A stretch of DNA of 64,000 bases, taken from positions 72,180 to 136,179 of the forward strand of contig CAVPHD010000002.1 in the NCBI GenBank assembly GCA_963704165.1. The letters run 5' to 3'. This DNA is from an uncultured delta proteobacterium (GTDB taxonomy: Bacteria > Myxococcota_A > UBA9160 > SZUA-336). Made by a program: the position numbers and the translations under genes. Under the pieces are notes generated by a model, which worked only from the letters and a program-made list of their open reading frames with translations, searched no databases and was not told the origin of the DNA. Of this stretch, positions 41,306 to 51,940 are shown one piece after another (position 1 is the first letter of the stretch; every line of letters starts with the position of its first letter).

Positions 41306-42652
41306 GTGACGGTTTCGCGCGCGCGATGGGTGCTGGCCCTGGCCCCGCTGCTGCTCGTCGATCAGGCCGCGGCGGACGCGGGCGTGTACGCGCAGATCGA
41401 CGCGCTCGCAGCGGTCGCCGCGGCGATCTCGATCGACGGGAACGGCGCGGACTGGGGCGCGATCCCGACGTTCGCGGACCCCGTCGGAGACGCGGGCGCG
41501 AACCCCGGCGAGGACATCACGGGCCTTGCGATCGCTCCGCGCGGCGACGCCCTGCTGCTGCGCATCGACACCGCGGGTCCACCGCCAGCCACGGGCCGGG
41601 TGTTCTGGGTGGTGTTCGACTTCGCGGGCCAGCAGCACCTCGACGTGAAGATCTCGTTCAACCTCGACTACACCGACGACCTCGACGTGTTTCCCGAGGG
41701 CGTGGCCGCGCCGCCGCGGGTCGGTTGGGAGGGCGCGACCGTCGCCGTCGGCGCGGTGCTCGAGGCGCGCATCCCGTACGCCGCGCTCGACGCGCAGCTT
41801 CCCGCCTCGATGCAGGGCAAGCTCTCGGGCGCGGGCGCGCGGCCGTTCGTGCGCGTGAAGGTGACCAGCGGCGAGCCGTTCTTCGGCGAGATCGACCACG
41901 GCCCCGCGGCCGGGTCGTACCGACTCGTGGCCACGCCCTACCCGCTCGACACCGCACTGCCCGCGGGCAGCGAGAACCCGGTCGAGACGCGCCTCCCGCT
42001 CGCGGGGATCTGGTATCTCGGCCAGGGCTCGCACGGATTCGGCAGTCACTCCGGCATTCCCTGGGCGTATGACCTGCACCGCGTGGACAATGCGCTCTTG
42101 CCCGAGTCACCACCGGGCAGCAGCGACAACGCCGACAACCTGAGCTTCGGCGAGCCGATTCGCGCGCCCGTCGCCGGGACGGTCTTCTCGCTGAAGAACG
42201 ACCAGATCGATCACCCCGCGTACAGCGGGCCCGCACCGGTCCCGCCGAATTGGATCTTCCTGGAAATCCCCGGGTCCGTCGGTCTGCTGTTCAGCCACAC
42301 GCGCATGGGCAGCATTCCGTTCCAGGCGCTCGACGCCGTGTCGACGCAGGCGCTGATCGGCGAGGTGGGAAACTCGGGCTCGTCGTACAGCTTCCCGCAC
42401 CTGCACTACGAGGCGCAGAACATCGCGGGGGGCTTTGCGTCCGTGCCGATCGCGCTGCGCGACGTCGAGGTCGGACTCAACCCGATCGACGCGGACCCTT
42501 GGCTGCGCCGCGTCTCGAGCTGGGGCGCGCGCGAGGGCTACTTCGTGCGCGACGCTCCGCCGGCGGTGCCGGTGTTCGGGCCGCTCGCGCTCGCCGGGCT
42601 CGCGACGCTGCTCGCCGGGATCGGACTCGCGCGGGCCCGAAGTCGAAGCTGA
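41306..42652 (+). CDS. M23-like peptidase with an IPTL-CTERM-like sorting tail
   Basis: H..AYDL, IRAPVAG, IGEVGNSG, PHLHY; tail VPVFGPLALAGLATLLAGIGLARAR. Confidence 0.78.
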   Translation: MTVSRARWVLALAPLLLVDQAAADAGVYAQIDALAAVAAAISIDGNGADWGAIPTFADPVGDAGANPGEDITGLAIAPRGDALLLRIDTAGPPPATGRVFWVVFDFAGQQHLDVKISFNLDYTDDLDVFPEGVAAPPRVGWEGATVAVGAVLEARIPYAALDAQLPASMQGKLSGAGARPFVRVKVTSGEPFFGEIDHGPAAGSYRLVATPYPLDTALPAGSENPVETRLPLAGIWYLGQGSHGFGSHSGIPWAYDLHRVDNALLPESPPGSSDNADNLSFGEPIRAPVAGTVFSLKNDQIDHPAYSGPAPVPPNWIFLEIPGSVGLLFSHTRMGSIPFQALDAVSTQALIGEVGNSGSSYSFPHLHYEAQNIAGGFASVPIALRDVEVGLNPIDADPWLRRVSSWGAREGYFVRDAPPAVPVFGPLALAGLATLLAGIGLARARSRS

Positions 42653-42801
42653 CGGGGCTCGAGCGCGTCGCGCCTAGCGCCGGCGCGGCCGCGGTGCGAC
42701 GGGCGTCGCCGCGCGGGCGGCCGGGTGGCCGGGGCGAACCACGGTGTCCCCGCCACCCTCGTCGCTTTCCGCGTCGTCCGGATCCGCGACGAGCGCCAGC
42801 G

Positions 42802-44208
42802 CTAGGGAAGAAGCGCGGGCGCGTCGAGGATGATGTCGGCGGCGTCGATGCCGCCGGCGGGGTCGTCGAGGTCGATCGGGAGGCTGGCGAGTCCGAAGTC
42901 GGCACCGACCGCGGAGGGCTCGTCGCCGAGCCGCCAGTAGTGGAGCAGCGCGTCGGTAGACTGGTAGGCGCCGAGATTCGCGCGCAGGTCGAGCGAGTGT
43001 CCGCGCAGCCAGAGCTCGTCGATCTCGTCGTCACCGAGCGCGACGTCGAAGAGCGCGACGTGGCCGATCGCGCCGTACCAGGTTCCGACGCCGGCGTCGC
43101 CCGTGCTGCCGATGAGAATGCGTCCCGCCGAATCCGAGAACACCGGCGCGTGTCCTGTGAACTCGGAGCTCGCGGGCCCAAGCACGTGTCCATCGACGAA
43201 GAGAATGGGTGAGGCGTCGACTTCCGCGTCGAAGGTCAGCGCGACGAGCTGCCACTCGGCCGCGACGAGCGCGGATCCGTACGTCGCCTGGTACACCAGC
43301 TGGCCCGACGCGTTGTGGACGGTCATCTCGAGCTCGGCTCCGTTCGCGATCAGCTCGACGCGATTCTCGGTCGCGTCGCTGCCGCCGCGCACGCTGATCA
43401 GCGCACGGCGACCGCTGGCCCGGGGATCGGCGAGCACCCAGACCGAGAGCGAGAACTCCCGGGTCGCGCCGAGCGCGTAGGCCGTGGAGCTCGCGAGGTA
43501 CTCACCGGCGCCGTCGAAGTCGAGCGCGCGCAACGCGGTCGAGCTCGCGCCTGCCCCGCCCTCGTCCCCGTCGGAGCTCGCGCTCGTCGCGCTCGAATCG
43601 CCCGCCGAGCCGCCCGACGCGGTCGAGCCCGAAGGGCTCGCGCTGCTCGACAGGGCATTCGGCACGCTCGGCGCGGGCGCGCTCGGCCCCGGGTCGGACT
43701 CGCCGACGGAAACCGCCGACGACCCGCTCGAGCTCGAAGCGGGCGGGATCACGATCTCGTTCGAGTAGCCCGAGAACGCGCTTGCAGAGTAGGCCCGCAT
43801 CGCGAGGTAGCTGTACGAATTGCGCGGGACTTCGATCGCGAACTCGAGCACGCCCGAGCCCCCGTCCTGCGCCGACGCGATCGGGATGTCGATCTGCGTG
43901 CCCCCGCTGTACCGGCCGGTCGCGGTCGCGACCGAGAGCCGATAGCCGACGATTCCGGCGGACTCCGACGGCAGGAACCGGATCGTGGCCGACTGCGTGG
44001 CCACGGGTACAGGGGGTGGTGGCGTCGTCGTTCCCCCGCCCCCGCTGCTCGGCGGTGGGCTCGTGCTTCCTCCGCCCGACGACGGAGCGTCGCCGCCTCC
44101 GCCACCACCTCCGCCGCCGCACGCGAGCGTGGCGATCAGGCAGCAGGCGACGAGCAGTCTTGTGCCCCCTCCCGCTGCGCGACCGAAGGACTGGTGAACC
44201 GACGCCAT
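42802..44208 (-). CDS. Lipoprotein with an FN3-like and a LamG domain
   Basis: LAC lipobox then Gly/Pro linker; SGYSNE; ALDFDG, FSLSVW, WQLVALT, LFVDG. Confidence 0.78.
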   Translation of the reverse strand: MASVHQSFGRAAGGGTRLLVACCLIATLACGGGGGGGGGDAPSSGGGSTSPPPSSGGGGTTTPPPPVPVATQSATIRFLPSESAGIVGYRLSVATATGRYSGGTQIDIPIASAQDGGSGVLEFAIEVPRNSYSYLAMRAYSASAFSGYSNEIVIPPASSSSGSSAVSVGESDPGPSAPAPSVPNALSSSASPSGSTASGGSAGDSSATSASSDGDEGGAGASSTALRALDFDGAGEYLASSTAYALGATREFSLSVWVLADPRASGRRALISVRGGSDATENRVELIANGAELEMTVHNASGQLVYQATYGSALVAAEWQLVALTFDAEVDASPILFVDGHVLGPASSEFTGHAPVFSDSAGRILIGSTGDAGVGTWYGAIGHVALFDVALGDDEIDELWLRGHSLDLRANLGAYQSTDALLHYWRLGDEPSAVGADFGLASLPIDLDDPAGGIDAADIILDAPALLP

Positions 44209-44446
44209 GCGGGGAACATCGTCAAGATTTCCGCGCTGCAACGTGATGGGGAACACGAACGGAGAGAAAGCGCGGGCACTTCGCGAGAAATCTTCCGACT
44301 CCGCGAGGACCGGATCCAAGCGGGTAGCGTCCCCCTCACCGACCGGCAGGAAGGGTTCGTCCGTAGGCAAGAAGACCCCGGGCGCACGCAACCCGACACT
44401 TCCTTGCGTCACGAGCCCACTCTCGACCGACGACTGGAGGGTCGGC

Positions 44447-46228
44447 ATGAGACGTCCGATTGCGCTGGGAACCGTGGGCTGTATTGCGGCCGTGGCTTTG
44501 ATCGCACAAGCGGTCGATCCCGGTCCGAAGGATCTCTGGGTGCATCCCCGCGGCGACGCGTACGAGCCGAAGATCCACTACAAGGCTCCGACCGGCGAGC
44601 TCTTCTATCACGCGGAGAACGACATCGAGGGCACACTCGACGACTTCGCCGTCGACCAGCGTCACCCGCTCCGGTTCAGTATCGGCATCGGTCGGCAGCT
44701 CCGCGAGCGCGCACGCCTGGGTCAGGGGATGCTTCGGCCGGTCTTCCTCTGGGACTCGAACGGCGACGGCAAGGTCGATCGCTCGCACACCGGCAAGATC
44801 GTCGATGGCCGCGCGGTCTTCGAGCCACCGGACTCGATCGACCTCGCCCACGTCTACTTCCAAATCGGTGTGCGCTTCCTGGCCGAGCCGGAAGGCGACC
44901 GCACGATCGATCGCCGCTACCTGGCGTCGGTCGATTCGAGCACGCTGGCCTCGAAGCTCGCCGAGCTGCCCGAGGTCGCCGCCGCCCCACCCGAGCCGCC
45001 TCCCGGTTTGCAGATCCTCAAGCATCGCGGAGACACGGCATTCGACTTCGACGCGTTCCTCGTGGACCCCGCTGCACACGTCGCGGAGTTCGACGCGTTG
45101 ACCCGGGACGCGGACACGGACGACTGGACCATCGATGACGACGGGGGCCGCCTCGTCACTCACTTCGAGCGCGAGGACCTCTTCATCGTGCGTGCGACCG
45201 GCGGACTCGGACTCGAGATCCTCTGGGGAGACCTGCCGCTCGAGACGTACCTCTCGAAGAATCTCGAGGCCAAGCCCGATGACGCGGGCTGCACCCACAC
45301 GCGCAACGCCTCGCTCGTGGGCGAGAACGGGAACAAGGCCGTGGTGCCCCAGCGCATCCTCTACTGTCCGGGTCAGGCGTTCGCGTTCTTCGACGCGCCC
45401 GACGGCTACGAAGCCGAGCTCGCCGCGACGCGAGGGGACGAGCGGATCGACGCGACCGAAGCCGGAACCTCGTTCAAGGACAACCTCCGCCTCTACGCGA
45501 AAGAGATCAACCCGCGCAGCGCCTCGTCGCGCGCGACGGGCACGGTGGGAGGGAACGTCCGCGCGAGCTTCGTAGACGCGGGGAACGATCTGCTCGACCT
45601 CGGTCGCCACGCGTTCATGGGCGAGACGCGAACCCATCAGCACGAAGGGACCGAGTCGTACCGCGTCTCGCCGATCCAGATGATTCCGTACGCGGTCTAC
45701 GATCTCGCGCGGCTTCGGCCGGGCTCCGCGGCGGGGCGGATCTTCACCGGCCTCGAGAGCAGCGTGCAGACGGTCGCGGACGCGGTCAGCGCGGCGAACA
45801 ACGCCGTGGTCGTTCCGCTCGCACAAGTCACCGTCGGCGCGGCCGTCTCGCCGGAAGCCGCCGATTCGGTCGGCGACGGATTCGGTGTGGCGACGTCCGC
45901 CGTCGCGAAGAACCTGCCCGCGAGCGAGCGGATGCAGGGCGCCTGGAATCCCCTCGCCTTCAAGCGCCACGACCGCGCCTACGCGCCGAGCGCCTTCACG
46001 CGCACGGACACGCAGCTCAACATCGATCGGCTCCTCTCCGTACTCGACGCCTATCTGATTGGCGCGATCCACGACCACAACCGAAACGACGGTCACAGCC
46101 ACGGGTCGGGAGACGGAGACGGTGGTGGCGGCGGTGGCGGCGGAAGTCCTCCGCCCACCGGTGGCGGTGGAGGCTCGACGCCCCCGCCCTCGACTCCGCC
46201 GGTCAAGCCCCCGCCGGTCTGCCGGTAG
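44447..46228 (+). CDS. Hypothetical secreted protein
   Basis: RBS GGAGG, signal peptide, DSNGDGKVD motif, Gly/Pro tail. Confidence 0.75.
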   Translation: MRRPIALGTVGCIAAVALIAQAVDPGPKDLWVHPRGDAYEPKIHYKAPTGELFYHAENDIEGTLDDFAVDQRHPLRFSIGIGRQLRERARLGQGMLRPVFLWDSNGDGKVDRSHTGKIVDGRAVFEPPDSIDLAHVYFQIGVRFLAEPEGDRTIDRRYLASVDSSTLASKLAELPEVAAAPPEPPPGLQILKHRGDTAFDFDAFLVDPAAHVAEFDALTRDADTDDWTIDDDGGRLVTHFEREDLFIVRATGGLGLEILWGDLPLETYLSKNLEAKPDDAGCTHTRNASLVGENGNKAVVPQRILYCPGQAFAFFDAPDGYEAELAATRGDERIDATEAGTSFKDNLRLYAKEINPRSASSRATGTVGGNVRASFVDAGNDLLDLGRHAFMGETRTHQHEGTESYRVSPIQMIPYAVYDLARLRPGSAAGRIFTGLESSVQTVADAVSAANNAVVVPLAQVTVGAAVSPEAADSVGDGFGVATSAVAKNLPASERMQGAWNPLAFKRHDRAYAPSAFTRTDTQLNIDRLLSVLDAYLIGAIHDHNRNDGHSHGSGDGDGGGGGGGGSPPPTGGGGGSTPPPSTPPVKPPPVCR

Positions 46229-46237
46229 CTCTGCGGT

Positions 46238-47447
46238 TCAGCCGACGCTCGTCGCGCGAAGTCTCGATCCGAGAACGAGCGACGTGAGGCAGACGGCCGT
46301 CCCCATGAGCCCGAGCGCACCGCGTTCGCCGAGCGTGTCCGCGAGCCAGCCGATCGGAAGGCCCATCAGCCCGAAGCCCGCGAACGCAAGCGCGGAGAGC
46401 GACGTGACGCGACCGAAGAAGGTGGTGTCGGTCTCGCGCACGATCACGGCGGCGTTCAGCGACTGGAAGCCGCCGCTGCCCGCACCGATCGCGAACATCG
46501 CGACGAGCGCGACGAGGTAGTTCGGCGCCAGGGCCAGGCCCAGAAGCGCGACACCGAAGCCGAGCGCCATCGTGGTGTAGATCCAGAGCGCATGCCGCGA
46601 GTCGGCGAAACGCGCGACGCCGAGCGAGGCGGTCAACGCGCCGACCGCGGAGACCCCGTAGAGCGTGCCGACGCCGTGGGCGTCGCGCCCGAGCGCGTGC
46701 TCGAGCAGTCCCGGCAGAACCGTCACGTACGGGTACCCGATCATGATCACCGAGACGAAGAAGATCAGCATCAGCCGCAGACGCCGCTGCGCGCGCACGT
46801 AGCGCAGTCCCGCCGCGATGTCGGCGAGCACGTGCGCATCGCGGGCGCCGGCACGAACGACCGATCGCGGCAGGAGCAAGAGCCCCGACGCCGAAGCCGT
46901 GTAGAACCCGGCCATCATCAGGTACGCGCCCGTCGCACCGGCGAACGCCCAGGCGAGGAAGAGCCCCGCCACCGACGGACCGAGCACGCGCGACGCGCTG
47001 TGCCCGACCTGCGTCAGCGCGAGCGCGTTGCCCCTCTGCTCGGCCGGAACGAGATCGACGGTGAGCGCCTGCCGGGCCGGGCCGAGGAACGCGAAGGTCG
47101 CGCCCATGACGAGCGAGCCGAGCGCAAGGTACTCGACGCGGATCGTGCCGGTCGCAACCGAGAGCGCGAGCAGCAGGAAGACCGTCGCGGTCACCGACTG
47201 CGACGACGCGATCAGACGCCGCTTGCGCACGCGATCGGCGAACGCGCCACCGAACGGACCGAGCAGAAGCATCGCCAGCCCCTGCGCGGCAACCACCGAG
47301 CCGACGGCGCGGTTCGTGCCGGTCAGCTCGAAGGCGACCACGCTCTGGACCACGGTGGACATGAAGAACGCGAGAAACGAGAAGAACGTGCTGATCCAGA
47401 GGATCCGAAAGTCGTACAGACGCAGAGCCGAGAAACGTCCCGGCCAC
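46238..47447 (-). CDS. MFS transporter (apparent frameshift near the start, ~47433)
   Basis: GGAFADRVRKR, PARQA, multiple TM helices; VAGTF/SALRLYDFRILW split across frames. Confidence 0.88.
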
Positions 47448-47449
47448 GC

Positions 47450-47925
47450 TCAATCCGGCGAAGTGGCGTCACCCTCGCGGAGCGACTTCAGCACGAGGTC
47501 GAGGTCCGCGTGGTCGCCCGCTTCGCGGCTCCGGTGCGAGAACGCGACGCCACCGCCGCGCCGGATCACGAAGACGCCGCCGAGCTGGAACGCATCTCGA
47601 CGAATCCTCGGCGCGGGCCCGCTGCGCGATACGCCTCGAGGTCCGGGTCGATGAGGAGCGGGAAGTCGAGGTCGACGTCCTCGCGGAACGCCGACGCAAA
47701 GTAGCGCGATCCGTTGCCGACGACCGCGATCTCCGCGCCCGTCTCCCGGATCTCGCCCGACCAATCGCGCAACTGCGCGACTTGCTCCCGGCAGAAGATT
47801 CAGCCGAAGTGGCGCACGAAGACGAGCACGACGGCGCGTCCGCGCCAGAGCTCGCCGAGCCTTTGCCGGCTGCCCGAGGAGTCCTCGAGCTCGATCCCGG
47901 CGAGGGCGACGTCGGCGTCCGTCAT
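47450..47925 (-). CDS. Peroxiredoxin-like (AhpC/TSA_2, SelL-like) selenoprotein candidate; Sec TGA at 47802-47800; C-terminus frameshifted
   Basis: LGELWR..VVLVFVRHFG-TGA-IFCREQ; later QLGGVFVI...H.S..AGDH in another frame. Confidence 0.78.
47761..47784 (-). promoter_or_regulatory. Candidate bacterial SECIS hairpin
   Basis: AGUCGCGC-AGUU-GCGCGAUU stem-loop with its loop about 26 nt after UGA. Confidence 0.6.
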
Positions 47926-47930
47926 CGCGC

Positions 47931-48233
47931 TCAGCGAACCGGGCCCGACGCCGAGATCGTGTACTTCTGCACGTCGAAGTCGCGCACGCCGAACTTCCCG
48001 AGCTCCGCCTGGAAGCGCGCCATGTGGGGTGCACGGAAGTGGGCGTCGAGCGCGGTCTGCGACTCCCAGCGCTCGAAGAGATGGAAACGCGTCGGATCCG
48101 CGAGATCACACGAGAACGTGTAGGCGTGGCAGCCCTCTTCCTTTCGCGTCTCGATCATCATCGCGGTCGCGGCCGCGATGGCGGCTTCGCGCTGCGCAGC
48201 GTCGATTCGAAACGTTCCGCCGACGATCAGCAC
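47931..48233 (-). CDS. Antibiotic biosynthesis monooxygenase (ABM) family protein
   Basis: TRKEEGCHAY, FERWESQTALDAHF..PHM. Confidence 0.88.
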   Translation of the reverse strand: MLIVGGTFRIDAAQREAAIAAATAMMIETRKEEGCHAYTFSCDLADPTRFHLFERWESQTALDAHFRAPHMARFQAELGKFGVRDFDVQKYTISASGPVR

Positions 48234-48335
48234 GCGCGACTCCTCGCTCCCGAATCGGGGCAGGCCGAGTCTAGCTCACGACGCCGGGCGCAGCCCCGAC
48301 TGGCGCGACGGTCCGGCAACCGGCAAAGAATACGC

Positions 48336-49076
48336 ATGACGACCCAGCCCGACGGAAACGGCCTCTCCATCGGACCCGGCACTCGCAGTGCCGAGCTGCT
48401 GCGCGCGATTCGCTTCTGCATCGAATTCATCCGCGGCTTTCGCGCGCTTCACTTCGTCGGACCCTGCGTGACGATCTTCGGCTCGGCTCGCTTCGACGAG
48501 GACCACCGGTACTACCAGCTCGCGCGGGACGCCGCGCAGCACATCGGTCGGGCGGGATTCACCGTCATGACAGGAGGCGGCCCCGGCATCATGGAGGCCG
48601 CGAACCGCGGCGCACGCGACGTCGGCGCCGGCTCCGTCGGATGCAACATCCAGCTTCCGATGGAGCAGGTGCCAAATCCCTATCTCGATCGCTTCATCGA
48701 GTTCGAGCACTTCTTCGTGCGCAAGCTGATGCTCGTGAAGTACTCGTACGCGTTCATCGCGTTGCCGGGCGGCTTCGGCACGCTCGACGAGGTCTTCGAG
48801 GTCGCGACCCTGATGCAGACGCGGAAGATCGAGACCTTCCCGTGCGTGCTGATGGGCGTGGACTACTGGGCTCCGGTTCGCGAGTTCATCGAGCGCGAGA
48901 TGGTCGGTGCGGGAACGATCACGGCCGACGACGCCGCGAGACTTCTCTTCACGGACGATCCCGAGGAAGCGGCGCGTTGGATTTCCGATCGCACCTCTCA
49001 CCTCGTCGCGCGGCACCGGCCACCGCGACCCCGGCGTATTCTCGGCGAGCGGAACGTGGAGCCCGGTCACGGATGA
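48336..49076 (+). CDS. LOG family protein (TIGR00730), second paralog
   Basis: VTIFGSAR, TGGGPGIMEAANRGA, FFVRK, PGGFGTLDE. Confidence 0.92.
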   Translation: MTTQPDGNGLSIGPGTRSAELLRAIRFCIEFIRGFRALHFVGPCVTIFGSARFDEDHRYYQLARDAAQHIGRAGFTVMTGGGPGIMEAANRGARDVGAGSVGCNIQLPMEQVPNPYLDRFIEFEHFFVRKLMLVKYSYAFIALPGGFGTLDEVFEVATLMQTRKIETFPCVLMGVDYWAPVREFIEREMVGAGTITADDAARLLFTDDPEEAARWISDRTSHLVARHRPPRPRRILGERNVEPGHG

Positions 49077-49098
49077 CGAGTCGAACGGAGGAGGTCCA

Positions 49099-51504
49099 TT
49101 GACCCATTGCAGGATCATCTTGGCGATCGCGATCGCGGCCGTGAGCGCGTTCTCGGGCTGCAGCTCCACTCCCCCGACGGTGCCGATCGCGCCCGCCGCC
49201 GCGCCTTCGACCGTCGACCTCGATCCGTGGCCGCGCGAGATCCAGACGAAAACGGAGCTGCTCCGGATCTACTCGCCGCAGGTCGAGTCCTGGCAGGGCA
49301 ATCTGCTGAAGTTCCGATTCGCGATCTCGGCCGCGGCCATGTCCACCGGCAAGGAGAGCTTCGGCGTCGTCTGGGGCGAGGCGCGCACGCACGTCGATCG
49401 AGAAGCGCGGATGGTCGCGCTCGAGGGGCAGACGCTGACGCGAGCCAACTTCCCGAGCCTGCCCGACAACGGCGCGGGTCTTCTCGCCGAGCTCGCGGCG
49501 AAGGTCGCTCTCGAAGCCAGGACCGTCGCGCTCGATCGCATCGAGGCGTCGCTCGCCGCCTCCGGTGCGGCGACCCTGAGCCCGAAGCCGGTGAAGAACC
49601 CGGTGCCGAAGATCATCGTCCGCCAGGTCCCTTCGGTCCTGATTCCCGTCCGGGGCGCGCCGGAGCTGCGCAAGATCCCCGAGCAGCGCTTCGTGCGTGT
49701 GCTCAACTCCCGCGCACTGATCGTGCGGGAGGAGAACGGCCGCAGCTACTACCTGCATCTCTACGATGGCTGGCTCGAGGCACCCGCCGTCGCCGGTCCC
49801 TGGGCGCTCGCGGGAACCCTTCCGCTCGGGATCGACGCGCTGGCCAGGAGCCTCGCCGCAGTGGGACAGGTCGATCTGCTCGACGGCGGGAGCGCGCAGC
49901 CACCGCCGTCGCTCGGCAACGGGGTGCCTGCGGTCATCGTCCGCTCGGAACCTGCCGAGCTGATCGTGACCCACGGTCCGCCCGAGTTCGTCCCGATCTC
50001 GGGAACGTCCCTACTCTTCTGCTCGAACACCACCAGCGATCTGATCCTCGATGAATCGAAGGCGGCCTACTACCTGCTGATCTCCGGCCGCTGGTACCAA
50101 GCGCGCGGCCTGACGGGACCGTGGAGCTTCGTCTCGAGCTCGGCGCTCCCGGCCGACTTCGCCGCAATCCCGACGAGCTCGCCCGCGGGGGTCGTGCTCG
50201 CGTCCGTCGCGGGAACGCCGCAGGCCCACGAAGCGGTGATCTCGAACTCGGTGCCGCAGACCGCATCGGTTTCGCTCGCCGATCCGCCGCGCCTCGACGT
50301 GAGCTACGACGGTGCGCCGACGTTGCGACCGATCCCCGGCACGCCCCTGCAGTACGTTGCGAACTCGGCGACGCCGGTGATCCGGGTCGCGGCGAATGAC
50401 TGGTACGCGGTGCACGCGGGAGTCTGGTTCTCCTCGAAGTCCACCACCGGCCCGTGGACGGTCGCGCGCGCCGTGCCGAGCGTCATCTACACGATCCCGA
50501 CCCAATCTCCGCTCCACTACGTCACCTACGTGCAGGTCTACGAGGCGACGGCCGAGTCCGTGCAAGTGGGATACACGCCGGGCTACCTCGGCACGGTCGT
50601 CGCTCCCGAAGGCGTCGTGGTCTACGGCACGGGTTATGACTACGCGCCCTGGATCGGCACCGTCTACTACGAGGCACCGCCGACCTACGGCGTGGCCGCG
50701 CAGCCGATCTACAACCCCGAGGTCGGCTGGAGCTACGGGTACGGGGAGGGACTGGCTACGCCCGCCGTCGTCGGCGTCTGGGGTACACCGTACTACTACG
50801 GCGCCGTGTATCACGGCTACCCGTGCTGCGCCTCGACGAGCGTCAACGTCTACGGACACGCCGGCGCCGTCAACTACTCGGGAACCGCTCACACGTACGT
50901 GAATTCGTCGAGCTACGGCGTGAAGTCGAGCGGCAGCTACGCGAACACGCGAACGGGAACGACCGGAACCTACGACACCAACCGGAGCTACAACTACGAC
51001 ACGAACACGAGCAAGACTTCGGCGAGCCGCACGTACGACACCGCGGCGGGCGGCAGCGGCAGCGCGAGTCACAGTGGCAGCTACGACTGGGACAACGGGC
51101 GATACACGACTTCGTCGAGCCGATCGGGGACGACCGCGTCGGGGAGCGACTACAGCCACTCGTCCTCGACGAGCGGTGGCGGAGGGCAGCCCGCGAGCGT
51201 CGATCGCGAGACGTCCTACACGAGCTCGAAGACCGGACAGACCTACACCACGGGTACGGGCGAGCGAGGCAACGACCTGTACGCGAGCCCGAGCGGGGAA
51301 GTGCACCAGAACACCGCAGGCGGCTGGCAGAAATCGACGGCCGGCGGCTGGCAGCGCGCGGGCGGGGACAACGCCTGGGCCGACCGCGAAGCGCAGGGAC
51401 GAAGCCGGGCGCAGTCGAGCTTCGGCAGCTTCAGCGGCCGTGGCGGATTTGGCGGCGGTGGACGCGGTGGATTCGGCGGCGGTGGCGGCGGACGGCGTCG
51501 CTGA
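49099..51504 (+). CDS. Large hypothetical lipoprotein with a G/S/T/Y-rich region and an RGG tail
   Basis: GGAGG RBS + TTG, FSGC lipobox, WPR..YSPQVESW, VVYGTGY, GRGGFGGGG. Confidence 0.8.
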   Translation: MTHCRIILAIAIAAVSAFSGCSSTPPTVPIAPAAAPSTVDLDPWPREIQTKTELLRIYSPQVESWQGNLLKFRFAISAAAMSTGKESFGVVWGEARTHVDREARMVALEGQTLTRANFPSLPDNGAGLLAELAAKVALEARTVALDRIEASLAASGAATLSPKPVKNPVPKIIVRQVPSVLIPVRGAPELRKIPEQRFVRVLNSRALIVREENGRSYYLHLYDGWLEAPAVAGPWALAGTLPLGIDALARSLAAVGQVDLLDGGSAQPPPSLGNGVPAVIVRSEPAELIVTHGPPEFVPISGTSLLFCSNTTSDLILDESKAAYYLLISGRWYQARGLTGPWSFVSSSALPADFAAIPTSSPAGVVLASVAGTPQAHEAVISNSVPQTASVSLADPPRLDVSYDGAPTLRPIPGTPLQYVANSATPVIRVAANDWYAVHAGVWFSSKSTTGPWTVARAVPSVIYTIPTQSPLHYVTYVQVYEATAESVQVGYTPGYLGTVVAPEGVVVYGTGYDYAPWIGTVYYEAPPTYGVAAQPIYNPEVGWSYGYGEGLATPAVVGVWGTPYYYGAVYHGYPCCASTSVNVYGHAGAVNYSGTAHTYVNSSSYGVKSSGSYANTRTGTTGTYDTNRSYNYDTNTSKTSASRTYDTAAGGSGSASHSGSYDWDNGRYTTSSSRSGTTASGSDYSHSSSTSGGGGQPASVDRETSYTSSKTGQTYTTGTGERGNDLYASPSGEVHQNTAGGWQKSTAGGWQRAGGDNAWADREAQGRSRAQSSFGSFSGRGGFGGGGRGGFGGGGGGRRR

Positions 51505-51570
51505 GCGAAGTTCCGTTCGACGAACGTGGCGCGCATGGTGTAATCAGCGGGCCAAGGGAGAGCCTTCGCG

Positions 51571-51928
51571 ATGTCGAACGCATTCAAGCTCGCACTGCTG
51601 GGGGCCGCCGCGCTGGTCAGCGGATGTCAGACGACCCAGCAGCAGCTCGACGCCCAGAAGCCGAACGCGATGGAGACGGCGCTCCGTCGCGGCCGCTTCG
51701 ACCTCGGCTGTCCGAACGCGACGGCCGTTCTCCTGTCCGACGACTTCATCCAGCCAGCGATCCAGGGACCGTTCGTGATGGGAATCGAACGCATGGAGTA
51801 CACCGTAGGCATCGAGGGCTGCGGCAAGCGCACGACGATCGTCGTGATGTGCCAGGAGGGGCTCGCAGACCTGCTTCGCCGCGAATCCGAATCGCGTCTT
51901 CGAGAACAGCCCGTACCGGAATCGGTGA
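51571..51928 (+). CDS. Small Cys-containing lipoprotein (apparent frameshift ~51860)
   Basis: VSGC lipobox, RGRFDLGC, EYTVGIEGCGKR, then CQEG/SQTCFAA. Confidence 0.7.
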
Positions 51929-51940
51929 AGGGAGAACCGG

